A stretch of DNA of 64,000 nucleotides from Marsupella aquatica (Eukaryota > Plantae > Marchantiophyta), in assembly GCA_973895155.1 (NCBI GenBank), contig OZ316892.1:11844238-11908237 (forward strand). The letters run 5' to 3'. Of the stretch, positions 14,001-25,220 are shown in pieces. The notes beneath the pieces are model-generated. The model was not told the origin of the DNA. It did no database searches and saw nothing but the letters and a program-made list of their open reading frames with translations. A program made the position numbers and the translations under genes. Each line of letters starts with the position of its first letter. The first letter of the stretch is position 1.

Positions 14001-14819
14001 AAGTTATCAAACTACTTAAAATTAGTTAAAGCAGACAAAGAGATTAATAGAAGGACTCTAAGCAAGTCATTACACTACTGGAAATTAGTTTTAGGGACCC
14101 TATACTGAAATTTATTCTGAAATAATAACATTCTAGAAAAGAATTACTTGACCAATAATAATGACTTTGGCAAGGCTTTGCTCCAATATGTTCGAGGAAA
14201 ACGTTTTTTCATAATAGGTGTCTAGAGATCATCATTTACATTCAAATTCATTATTTTGTCATAACATGTATGCAGATTACTTTTAATATTCAAAGTCATT
14301 ACTTTATGCTCCATCGTTATTTCCTTTACTTCATTATTTGAAGCAAAATCCCGGATGGACCAAGACATTGTCCTTGCCCATCCCCATGGACTTCGTAAAG
14401 TGATCGTTGCTTCTACACCAAAAAGAAAAAGGAACCGGTCGCAGGTCGCAGTTGATGACTTTGACTACCTTGGGGATAAAGTAGTCAAAAATGGCATGAT
14501 GTCTTGACATTTTCAGGCTCAAGGTCTCAAATGATCAAGTTATCGAGGAAACCGGTTCGATATTGTAATTGAATGAGGTTGCAAACACTAAGGAGACAGT
14601 TTACAGGTCACATTTCAGTCAAAATTGTAAACAGCGTTAGTTGAGTCAATTTAAATGTTCTGAGCAAGTCCATCCAAGCTTTGCCGGTCCATCTGGCCTT
14701 AAAAAACAAAGTGGAGGTCCATGCGGGCTTTAGTTTCTCATTATTTACATTCGAATCATTATTTTGGAATGTAATTCTCATGGGTATTAGTAAAGTCTCA
14801 CTGATGTGAGTAGGCCATA

Positions 14820-15163
14820 TGTTAGATATTTCTCTAGTCTTGTGATTCATGAGCTAACTACAGTTAGGCTAACTCGGGTTAGGACTTAGCTAATGTTAGC
14901 GGTAGTACTGTTGTGTATATAGCCAGGGCTGATGCCAGACCCTCGTGGAACTTAGGCTCATTGTTACAGAGCTAGTTGAGAGATAAGGAGAGCTTGTGCT
15001 GTGGATGCTTGGTATGGCCGGTCGGCCTAGAGTGCAGTAAAGCTCTTGTGTGTTCCCGTGGACGTAACCTCATGTGGAGGTGAACCACGTATCTCTCTGT
15101 GTCAACTATTGTGCGTTGGATGGTTCATGGGCTTGCCGTTGCAAATGTCGTCTATGCTCAACA
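14820..15163 (+). repeat. 5' LTR (344 bp)
   Basis: TGTTAGATATT...TATGCTCAACA; 14 substitutions versus the 3' LTR by manual alignment. Confidence 0.97.
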
Positions 15164-15165
15164 AG

Positions 15166-15177
15166 GGGTATCAGAGC
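15166..15177 (+). promoter_or_regulatory. Primer-binding site for initiator tRNA-Met (first base mutated)
   Basis: GGGTATCAGAGC 2 nt after the LTR; canonical is TGGTATCAGAGC. Confidence 0.9.
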
Positions 15178-17126
15178 ATGCCTGGGAGGTGACGAGGTTT
15201 TTTCATGACGGGTTTTTCCAACGTTCATTGTCGATGGTACATTCGGAGTTTCGTCACATGAAACTCATATGTGTGTGGCTGAGCGGATAGGTTAGTGAGA
15301 GGGCTTTCTAACGGTGGTTAGAACTCGCTGATCGGTATCCGTGGTGCGAAGGAATCAAAGTTTGCGTCATTCAGGTTTTATTCGTGTTCGACGGTATTTC
15401 GGGGACGAGACCAGAGTTCTCGTTTTTCAACGGTGTGAGCTGTGCGATGCGGGAGGGATCGCACATTATAGCTCAGGTTGAAGGTTGAAGTGAGCTGGTC
15501 GTTTTGGTAGCTGGATTGCTGCCGAGGTGTTGCCGAGTGCGACGTGAGGAGTGACGGAGGCGTTCAGGTTTTTGCACAAGCTATGGAGCTTGTTCTCATC
15601 TGAACCGGGTTTCTCTTCGTGACGTCTGACTCGGTGGAAGAAACGCAAAGTGCTACGGCTCAATGGTTTGATCGCGGCGAGGCGGTCATTTTGAGCCCGG
15701 GATTGGCACTTGACGCGAAGTGAAGGCGATGTGGCGGAAGCTTCTACGGTGCTGGAGTTGCAGACGGCGCCGGTGTGATTCGGCAACATTTCTGGTCGGT
15801 AACTCATTGTTTTCTTGTTCAAAAAACAGAAGCAATTAAGGTGTGTTGTTCCTTCCTTAACCCGGGGGAGTTTTTTTGCCATTTTAGGGGGGGTTTTGGG
15901 GTTATGTTAGTGTGTATACACACCTGCCCGACTCTCCCCTCTTACTCCCCGCGTACGTCTTGTATCGGGCCCTGCCGGCCATTTTTTCCGCCCCCCTCCC
16001 CCCGCACTCTTGTGAAACCTGGCGCAGCGGCGAGCTGCGCAGCGCCGGCCAGCGCTTGGTGCGCACTCGCTCGCGCGTGGTCGACCCTAGAACCCCCGCA
16101 ACTCGCCCCCGCCCCCCCCTTTTTTTGCTCATTTTGTGACCGGGCCCTGCTGCCGGTCGCACCCTTTGGCAGCCAGCGACGCCCTTAGGCCGGCCCTGCC
16201 GAGCCGGGACTCGTACCCGCCCCCTACAGCCATGCCTCGCGCCACGGCAGGCTGTTGCCGCCGTTTCTTCTCCCTTGCTCGGACCCTGCCGTGAGGTACA
16301 TGGCCTTTCGTACCCCGGCCGCACTCGCGCATACCTTGTACTTTGCCTTGTACTCGCCCTGGCCCAATACTCGTATACTCCCTGGCCTTTGTTTTTTATA
16401 CCTGTATTTAGTGATAAGGGGCTTTAGCACCCCCTTTAGGGCCTATTTTAAGCCATTTTTTCTCCCCTTTGTTCTCCTTGTGCCGGGACCTGCCGCCCTC
16501 CGTTTTAACCGCTCCGATAGGGGGAACGGCCCCCTGTGAGACCTGTCGGACTATGCAAGAATATTCCCAAAAAATAGAGAGCTATTTTTTGGCCGTCCGA
16601 CAAAGATTCCGTCTGCCGAACGGTAACTTTTTTGGTTCTTTTTCGGTGAGGACATTGCCACTGCAGTTAGCAACGCGACGCACCGATCACATCGCAATTC
16701 CGACAACAGGTTATACTTGGTAGTTTGGTTATTCTCCGAGGTGGTCAAAACGGGGGAGTTTCCCAAGGTTTTACCCACCCCGACCAAAATTTGAATAATT
16801 TTTTCGTCAAATTTTGATTTTGATTTCGGCTTTCAGTATTGGACTCCTAGCTTTGTAGGCTACGCGGCGATGTTGAGTTTTGAGTTTTGTGAGAAGTTTC
16901 AAAAAAAGACATTTTTTTGTGATTGTTTCATATGAGTGACTCGAAGGATACTGGAAGAATTGGCATCGGTGGAGCTTCAGGATCGCGATGATCAGACAGA
17001 GAGTCTGAGGAGGAGCTGCTACCGTTTGAGGAGGAACTTGTATTACCGGTATGATCACCGGTGCGGCGTGCAGTGGAGGAAGCTGTATTACTACCAGAAC
17101 TGTCAGTAGTTGGAAAGAAGAGGGAG

Positions 17127-20100
17127 ATGGCTAGATTCGGAGGAGTGAAGTTTGAGGTGGAGAAGTACGATGGTCGTACTGATTACTTGCTATGGGAGAA
17201 GCAAGTGAAGGGTGTTCTACGGGCCATGGGCTTAGCTCATCTGCTTTCTTTGCGAGAGCAGTATGATGGAGAGGAGGAGATTTATGTAAGACGGTGGAGA
17301 CAGGAGCAGGTGATTGCTGTCAATGCAGTGATGCTTTATCTGAAGCCGCACATCAGCACCTGGATGATTATGCGGATTGCGCATCACTGTTCAAGGCTCT
17401 TAGAGAGAAGTACTATCGAGAAGATGCGTCAGACCGGCTATACAAGAAGTCTCTCTTGATGAGCCTCAGGCTCAAGGAAGGGAGCAAGATGCAGGATCAC
17501 TTGGATGAGTTTGACAGTCTAGCGGTGGATCTGTCAAACCTAGGAAAAGGAGTTGAAGATGAGGATAAGGCCTTGCTTCTGCTAAGCTCCTTACCGCCGT
17601 CTTATCAGGGCTTGAAACAGGTGCTCTTGTATAGAGATCTGAAGTCCATTTTGTATAATGAGGTGGTGAGCTCTTTACTGTCTGATGATGCTCAGAAGAA
17701 GTTGAGTCAATCACAGACAACATCTTCTTCTCGCACTGCGCTCAATGTGAACAGGGGAAGAGCAGCGCAGCGCAGCGCACAAATGGGCAGAACAGGTTTA
17801 GATCTACATCACGGGGGAAATCTAAATCCAGGGGGAAATCGCAAGAGAGGAAGCCTCTTGCATGTTGGAATTGTGGCAAGCCTGGCCACATGAAAAGGGA
17901 TTATCGAGTAAAGGTCCCTATTGCCTCTACTAACGCGGCATCGAGCTCGCATGAGGTAGATTTACTCGTTGATGATGATATATTGTGATGTCAAGGTTAT
18001 GCTCTCAACGTAGTGTCAAATCCAAGTAGTGATGACTGGATTCTAGATAGTGCATGTACTTTTCACATTTGCTCGAGGAGAGATTGTTTCAGTTCTTACA
18101 CGGTTTCCAACGGATCAATGTTGATGGGAAATGGAATCTCATGTCAAGTTGTTGGACTTGGATCTGTAAGATTTCAGATGTTTGATGGTGCTGTAAGAAT
18201 GTTGAGGAATGTGAGACATATTCCCATCATGATGAAAAATCTCATTTCACTTGGAGTTTTAGAAGCAAATGGCCATCAGTGTAGTTCTGCTAATGGTGTC
18301 CTTCAGGTTTCAACTGGTACTAAAGTTGTATTAAAGGGAAAGAGACATTGCAATCTATACATTTTGGAGGGCAATGTAGTCTGTGATGAAGCCAATGTAA
18401 CCTTATCTCATGAGGAGACGGCCCGACTGTGGCACTTCCGTTTGGGCCACATGAGTGAAAAATGTTACTTTGGTTGTTCTTCAGAAGAAAGGATTACTTT
18501 CTAATTTGCAATCTTGTAAGTTGGAATTTTGTGAGCACTGTGTGCTAGGGAAGCAGCACAGGAAACCCTTCGGAGTTGGAACTCACACCAGCAAGGAGGT
18601 ACTTGAGTATGTACATAGTGATGTGTGGGGTCCAGCCCCTACTCCCTCACATTCTGGACGGTTATACTATGTCATATTCATAGACAATTACTCAAGGTAT
18701 GTGTGGATATACTTTCTACACAATAAGTCTGATGTTTTTGCCACTTTTAAGGAGTGGAAAGCCCAAGGAGAGAATCAGACTGGTAATAAGGTGAGATATC
18801 TTCGATCGGATAATGACGGTGAATACAGTTCCAGGGAATTTGGAACGTATTGTAAGGAGTAGGGGATTACCCGCCATCTTACAACAAGTTATACTCCTCA
18901 GCAGAATAGTGTTTCTGAGAGACTCAACCGAACACTATTGGACCGCTCGAGGAGTATGTTGAGTCAATCATGCTTACCACATGAGTTTTGGGCTGAAGCT
19001 GTCAATACTGTAGCTTATTTGGTAAATTTTTCTCCATCCAGTTCTATTGGATTCAAGATGCCATTTGAAATGAGGTACGGGCGTCCAGCAGATTACTCAC
19101 ATCTAAGGATTTTTGGATGTGATGCTTATGTGCTTACACCTTCCCAGCTTCGATCCAAGCTGGAGTCCAAGTTGAATAAGTGCATTTTCCTTGGCTATCA
19201 GAAAGGTGTGAAGGGTTATAGGTTATGGGATCCAGTAACCTATAAACTAATTGTCAGTAAAGATGTGTCCTTTAATGAATCCAGATCATCAAAGGAGGGG
19301 GAGAGTTCTCAGGACTCCCATACTGACAAGGGGAAATCTCTCATCCCGGATCGGGTTGAGGAGGAGATTAGTCATGATGCTGTTCATGACAGAAGAGATG
19401 AAGAAGCTCCGGGCTTGGAGCTGGCTCTTGTGATGGATCAAGAGAAGCAGATTGTTGCTGGGGTACCTCAAATTCAATCAGTAGCAGTAGCAAATCAGCC
19501 CGAGTCATCTACTAGAAGAACTTCTAGTCGTTCTACTAGAGCTCCTACCAGGTATGGTCAATGGGCAGACTCATCTAAGCTAGATGATATTGACATTGCA
19601 CCTGATGATGATGACATGGCTTTGATCTTGGAAGAAGGAGAGCCTTCTTTGTATAGTGAGGCTTGTGCTTCAGAGCAGAAGCATGAGTGGAATGCAGCAA
19701 TGCAAAGAGAATTGCAATCTTTGAGTGACAACAAGACATGGGAGCTGGTGGAACTTCCAAGAGGTCAGCAAGTGGTGGACAGCAAGTGGATTTACAAGTT
19801 GAAGGACAGCCCTTTAGAGGGTGGAGATAAGATCTACAAGGCCAGGCTTGTTGCCAAGAGATTCACTCAGGAGAAAGGAGTGGATTACAATGAGGTCTTT
19901 TCACCGGTGGCTAAGCATTTCACAATTCGGATTTTGTGTCAACTTGTTGTGTTTTTTGGTCTGGTGATGGATAAGATGAATGTTATTATTGCTTTTCTCT
20001 ATGGCAACTTGGAAGAGTTGATCTTCATGAGACAGCCACTAGACTTTATGAAGAAGGGCCAAGAGAACTTAGTTTGCAGATTGCTCAAGTCCTTGTATGG

Positions 20101-21211
20101 ATTGAAGCAGTCTCCCAGACAGTGGAACAAGCGGTTTGATGATTTCATGTTTGCTCAAGGTTTTACAAGGATGGTGTATGATCCTTGTGTGTATACAAAA
20201 TCAGTCAAGAATGATGTGTTTGGTTTCATCATTCTGGTTATTTATGTGGATGACATGCTGATTGTGGCTAAAGATCAATCTGAGGTTGACAGTCTCAAGG
20301 CGAAATTGAGTGCTGAATTCAGGATGAAGGATCTTGGTAAGGCCAAGACGATCTTAGGGATGGAGATTTTTAGAAACTCTGATACTGAACAGTTGTGCTT
20401 GAGTCAAGGCCAGTATGCAAGGAAAGTACTTGCACGATTCAATATGGAAAACTGTAAGCCAGTGAGTATTCCTTTAGCTTCACATTTCAAGTTATCATCG
20501 GCTTTCTCTCCTACGAATGGTGTGGAGAAAGGTCTGATGGCTAAGATTCCTTATGAGAAGGCAGTAGGCAGTTTGATGTATTTGATGACTTGTACTAGGT
20601 CTGACTTGGCCCTAGCGATGGGCAAGGTTAGCAGATTCATGTCAAATCCAGGGAAGGTACATTGGGAAGCTGTGAAGTGGATTCTCAGGTATCTGAAGGG
20701 AACACAGGACTATGGATTACTATTTGATAACAGATCTGATAGAACGTTAGTTGGCTATGTAGATTCTGACTATGGAGGCTGTCTGGATACAAGGAGGTCT
20801 ACAACTGGGTTTGTATACACTCTTGGAGGAGGATGTATCAGTTGGAAATCTATGTTGCAGAAGTGCATATCTCAGTCTACTACAGAAGCAAAGTATGTTA
20901 CAGTAGCAGAAGCAGCAAATGAAGCAATTTGGTTGGATAAGTTGATCGCGGAGATGGGTTTAGAGCATGGAAAAATGACTCTAAACTGTGATAGTCAGAG
21001 TGCTCTTCACTTGGCTGCTAACCAGGTGATGGATAGCAGGGTGAAGCACATTGATATCATGTACCATTTTATCAGGCAAGTAGTGTCTGATAAAACTTTT
21101 GAGCTAGTCAAGATTGATGGAAAGCTCAATCCCGCTGATGCCTTTACCAAAGTGATTCCTTTGGAGAGTTTCTCAAGACACCGTGCTACTTTGCAGGTTT
21201 TGCAGTTGTAG
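17127..21211 (+). pseudogene. Copia gag-pol polyprotein, disrupted
   Basis: gag start MARFGGVKFEVEKYDGRTDYLLW; zinc knuckle CWNCGKPGHMKRDY (last C changed to Y); protease WILDSACTFH; integrase LWHFRLGH, CEHC, VHSDVWGP, LRSDNDGEY; RT YVDDML; RNase H YVDSDYGG and RVKHIDI; frameshifts near 17350, 17770 and 18465; in-frame TAG at 18860-18862. Confidence 0.96.
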
Positions 21212-21407
21212 TGCAAGTAGAGTTATTTAGCAATGTGTGACTATTTGTATATGGATTACTCATTCCTGTTTGGCTACGGCTTAGTTCTAGTTAACCCTTA
21301 GTTAACCCTTGTGGTTTTTAGGGGGAGACCTGGTTTGGTGATTGTCTAGAACTTCCCGCTGAGGATTCCATATGGTAGCATTTAGTTTAGTCCCCAAGAC
21401 AAGAGTC

Positions 21408-21416
21408 AAGGGGGAG
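21408..21416 (+). promoter_or_regulatory. Polypurine tract
   Basis: AAGGGGGAG immediately 5' of the 3' LTR. Confidence 0.9.
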
Positions 21417-21418
21417 TT

Positions 21419-21762
21419 TGTTAGATATTGCTCTAGTCTTGTGACTCATGAGCTAACTACAGTCAGGCTAACTCGGGTTAGGACTTAGCTAATGTTAGCG
21501 GTAGTGCTGTTGTGTATATAGCCAGGGCTGATGCCAGACCCTGGTGGAACTTAGGCTCATTGTTACGGAGCTAGTTGAGAGATAAGGAGAGCTTGTGTTG
21601 AGGATGCTTGGTATGGCCGGTCGGCCTAGAGTGCAGTAAAGCTCTTGTGTGTTCCCGTGGACGTAGCCTCATGTGGAAATGAACCACGTATCTCTCTGTG
21701 TCGACTATTGTGCGTTGGATGATTCATGGGCTTGCCGTTGCGAATGTCGTCTATGCTCAACA
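21419..21762 (+). repeat. 3' LTR (344 bp)
   Basis: TGTTAGATATT...TATGCTCAACA followed by TSD CCATA. Confidence 0.97.
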
Positions 21763-22940
21763 CCATACTCTACATCTTCTAGGGACTATCACCTAGAAGG
21801 GGAAGTCATTTAACTAAGGTTACTTTATGTTACATCTGCCCCATCTGAGGGGTCCATTTTCCAACCCTGGAAGTCATCCCATTTGCACTCAAAAAAAAGC
21901 AAGTCAAGTGAACCTCAAGTCTCTACAAGTAGTGGCTTCTTCTTAATGAGCCACTAGCCATGACAAGTACCTGGTTTCACCATTTTGAGTACCTTTTTCC
22001 TGAAATTGAGGAGCAAAGTCTCATAGCAGAGGAGAGTAATGTGAAAACGGGAGAAGTCTTGGACACTTCTCTCCTTTTATGTGGCTGTTTATGAGTGCAC
22101 ACTCCCTGGCTTATTGCAAGGTGGACCATTTGTCCTTTTTCTTTTCCTGACCCTTTTGCACATTTTCACTTTTTACAAGTGCAACTAGAAGTCCACTATA
22201 ATGTCAGATTGTGCAAAGTCCTCTCTAAGGTTATACATACACTTTGTAAGGAAGAACATAAATCATACGCAGAACTGCAAGGCCCAGGCTGCTTCCCAAC
22301 AATGAGCACAGCATAGGCGACTGGAAACCCTCCTTGTTGGTCTAGTTTGGTACTTGAAGGTTATGGGAGTTGACCCCCTTGCTAGTCTCACCATGATTCA
22401 CTAAGCTAAATCTTTATGTTAACCAATAGGTTATTCATGCTAGATAACCTATTGGCCGTTCAAGGGTGATGGGTTCTAAGAGCACTCCCACTAGTGCTCA
22501 CCAAACAGCCCTGCCATTGGGAAGTTTAGTGAGCAAGTTTGACGCCCTTGCACCCATGTTTGTGGAGGGCATGACCGGCTCCACATTTCACACACACCAA
22601 AGGCTGAAACATCTATGTGCCGGCTGTCGCAAAGATGTTCGATCAAGACTGGGAAGGCTGACCAGGGTCATCAGTCAGTCCCACTAGATTGTGGAGAGCA
22701 GGACAACCCCCCTTGGTTCAAAAGATGACGAGCCAAGGAGGTTGGGCGCACAGACCGGGCAAGGGGGCTCCAAAACGCTGGTGCCACTTTACTGGCTCCT
22801 GGCTGGCCCAGATAGCAGATTGATGGGAGTGCTCTAAACCCTACGGGCTGACCACCCTCGAGAATTAGACTCCATACCCCTAGTTTCTCATGAGTTATTC
22901 TACACTTTAAGGTCGTGCGTGCGTTCACCTATTATGGTCT

Positions 22941-23370
22941 TTGCCCAATTGCTCCTCTCCATGTGGAGTTTTTAAGTTACAAGTTACTTAGTCGGTTTCT
23001 CTTCAAACATGAGTGTGGCAAGCAGAACAAAAATGTCAGCAGCGTCAACCTGGTCCAATAAATTATCTGAATGCAGGTCCTGAAAATATGACCAAAGGCA
23101 TACAGTCCCCTTTATGATTTGACGGTCGTCAGTATTTCTCCCTCATGTGCGGGTCCTTGGCCAATTGCTCCTCTCCATGTGGAGTTTTTAGATTCTCATA
23201 ACAAGTTAGAAGGTTTCTCTTCAAACATGAGTGTGGCAAGCAAAACATAAATGTCAGCAATGTCGACCTGGTCCAATAATATTTGAACACAGGACCTGAA
23301 AATATGACCAAAGGCATAGTCCCCTTTATGATTTTAGTGTCTTCCATATTTCTCCCACATGTGTAGGTCT
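22941..23370. repeat. Tandem duplication, ~217-bp unit x2
   Basis: CCAATTGCTCCTCTCCATGTGGAGTTTTTA...GGTTTCTCTTCAAACATGAGTGTGGCAAGCA...CCTGAAAATATGACCAAAGGCATA..GTCCCCTTTATGATTT repeated at ~22941 and ~23158. Confidence 0.9.
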
Positions 23371-23392
23371 ACATAGGGTCACCCTATGGTAT

Positions 23393-23832
23393 TGTTGGGA
23401 TATGATCTAGACCGAATGAGACAACATCAACATGTGTGAACATTCATCCATAGATTCCGACACTGAAAGTACGTGGTTCACCCCGTCTAGGCTAAGTCCA
23501 TGGTTGTGAGAGAAAACCAGTAATACGAAATGATTACACCCGCCATAGCCAACGTGCTAGAGCTTCTCTCTCTCTCTCTCTCTCACATCTAGAGTGAAAC
23601 TTCAAGTGTGAGCACAAGTTTGTGTTCCCCTTGGGTCTATGGGAACCTCGAACTCAAACTAGTGTTATCCTACTCTATTGAAGTCTAATTAGTATTATGA
23701 AAATATATAACTTATACTAGAGGCATAGCCTAACACTTATATCTCGTAAAGGAGACTGTATGCCATGCCCTGAATAATACTTTAAGGTCATGTGTTGATG
23801 GATTAAGGCCCTTCTCCATTGATTTCTCAACA
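23393..23832 (-). mobile_element. Solo LTR (440 bp), copia-like
   Basis: TGTTGGGA...TCTCAACA termini (7/8 inverted match); flanks GGTAT and CGTAT (4/5 TSD); contains the reverse complement of the GGTGAACCACGTA motif also seen in the copia LTR (23470-23482). Confidence 0.75.
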
Positions 23833-23865
23833 CGTATACATTTTAATATTTAATTACAAAATGTA

Positions 23866-24440
23866 CGAGGGATATGCTTAGTAGACCCCCTTCTGCAAAA
23901 AGTTTGCTTAATCAATTCCCTGGATACTTTTCACTAATCTGGACCATTGATGGACCTTTCAATCTCAGATCTGGGCCGTTCATAGACCTCAGGGGGTCGA
24001 TCAAGTAACAAGTTTCATTTTGGAGGTCGATCAAACAAATACCTCCAAAATGTACTGTGTCTGTGCACATTTGAGCTTTGAAAACTGTGTGAAAATACTG
24101 ACAGGGTTACTCTGAGCCAATCAGAACTCAGCACATGACCTGAAAGTACGATGAAGGACGTATGTATCCCTTTACGAGAATACGGTCTCCCCTATTTCTC
24201 CCCGCTTATGCAGGTCAACATATGGTCACCCTATACCTGGTAGAGGCTACCATAAGTCCTTAATCCTATACTATATTTGCTCGATCTTCCCCCAAAATGA
24301 AAGTTATTACTTGATCTACCCCCTGACGGTCCAGATCTGAGAACAAGAGGTCCATCAACGGTCCAGATTGGACAAAAGTATCCAGGAGGTTGATTAAGCA
24401 AACTTTTTCCAGAATGGGGTTCTACTAAGCATATCTCTCG
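23866..24440. mobile_element. Non-autonomous foldback/MITE-like DNA element with ~170-bp imperfect TIRs
   Basis: 23866-24041 is the imperfect reverse complement of 24274-24440 (CGAGGGATATGCTTAGTAGA... versus ...TCTACTAAGCATATCTCTCG); the left flank is TA and the end reads CGAGGG, reminiscent of Tc1/mariner ends; no TA on the right. Confidence 0.8.
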
Positions 24441-24876
24441 CTCTGGCCCATTGGAACTGTCCTCTCATACATTGTGAACAGGGGCATTGAATTGTACCAA
24501 TTTTTTCCACACCCATGCCCTTAATCCTAATCCTATAGGTAATGCTCTGGCCCATTGGAACTGCCCAATCATGCGTTGTGAACAGGGGCATTGACATTGA
24601 AACTTACCAGTTTTTCCACACCCGCACTGATCACCACACTCTGGAATAGCTGAAGAACCTGCTTGAGACGAGACGAACGTCGAGGCGAAAGCATTGTTTA
24701 GGGTCGAGTTTTTTTTTTCTTCCACCTGATGTTTCAATTATTGCCCTAGCAACTCTAGTTGTAGAGATTTTTCTTTGAGAGAAGAAGCGTAAAAGACCAC
24801 GAAGGACCACGAAGTTCAACTCTTGTTGTAGAGATTTGAGTGGGTCCAACTTCAGTGGGGCAGGAGGCCGACAGAC

Positions 24877-25220
24877 ATGAAGGTGAGAGCGGCAGTGCGG
24901 AAGCTGTGCGAGTACTGTCGTGTGGTGAGGCGGCGCAACAGGGTTTACGTTCTGTGCACATCGAATCCCAAGCACAAACAGCGCCAAGGACTTTCTCATC
25001 TTACGTTTCCAGGTGCCACAGCCGGGTACGTCTTCCCCATTTGACCTTTGCGCTAATTGTGATGGTGTCTGATCATTGCGCCCACATTTTGGCAAGCTGC
25101 GTGTTGACTCTCAGTGTGTTTGGTCTGTTCAGGTTGGATTCCGAATTTTCAGAGCGTTCTTTCACTCGTGCAACTGCTTTGCGGTCCAGCCAACCCAAAA
25201 TCTGGTATAATATATTTTAG
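24877..25220 (+). CDS. rpl36: Organellar (probably mitochondrial) ribosomal protein bL36, ~78 aa, 2 exons (24877-25025, 25133-25220)
   Basis: [38 protein letters not shown] is a complete L36 zinc-ribbon domain (C-x2-C...C...H). An intron GTACGT...TTCAG (25026-25132) joins in frame to [10 protein letters not shown]...KIWYNIF*. The unspliced frame stops at 25044. Confidence 0.93.

Larger units (their letters stand above)
14820..21762 (+). mobile_element. Full-length Ty1/copia LTR retrotransposon (decayed)
   Basis: Two 344-bp LTRs with TG...CA ends; 5-bp TSD CCATA at 14815-14819 and 21763-21767; PBS and PPT present; gag-PR-IN-RT-RH order. Confidence 0.98.

Noticed and set aside
15466-16787. Cluster of 60-140-aa ORFs inside the copia leader
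   Set aside because: They occur in all frames of a GC-rich, stop-poor block and show no recognisable domain.
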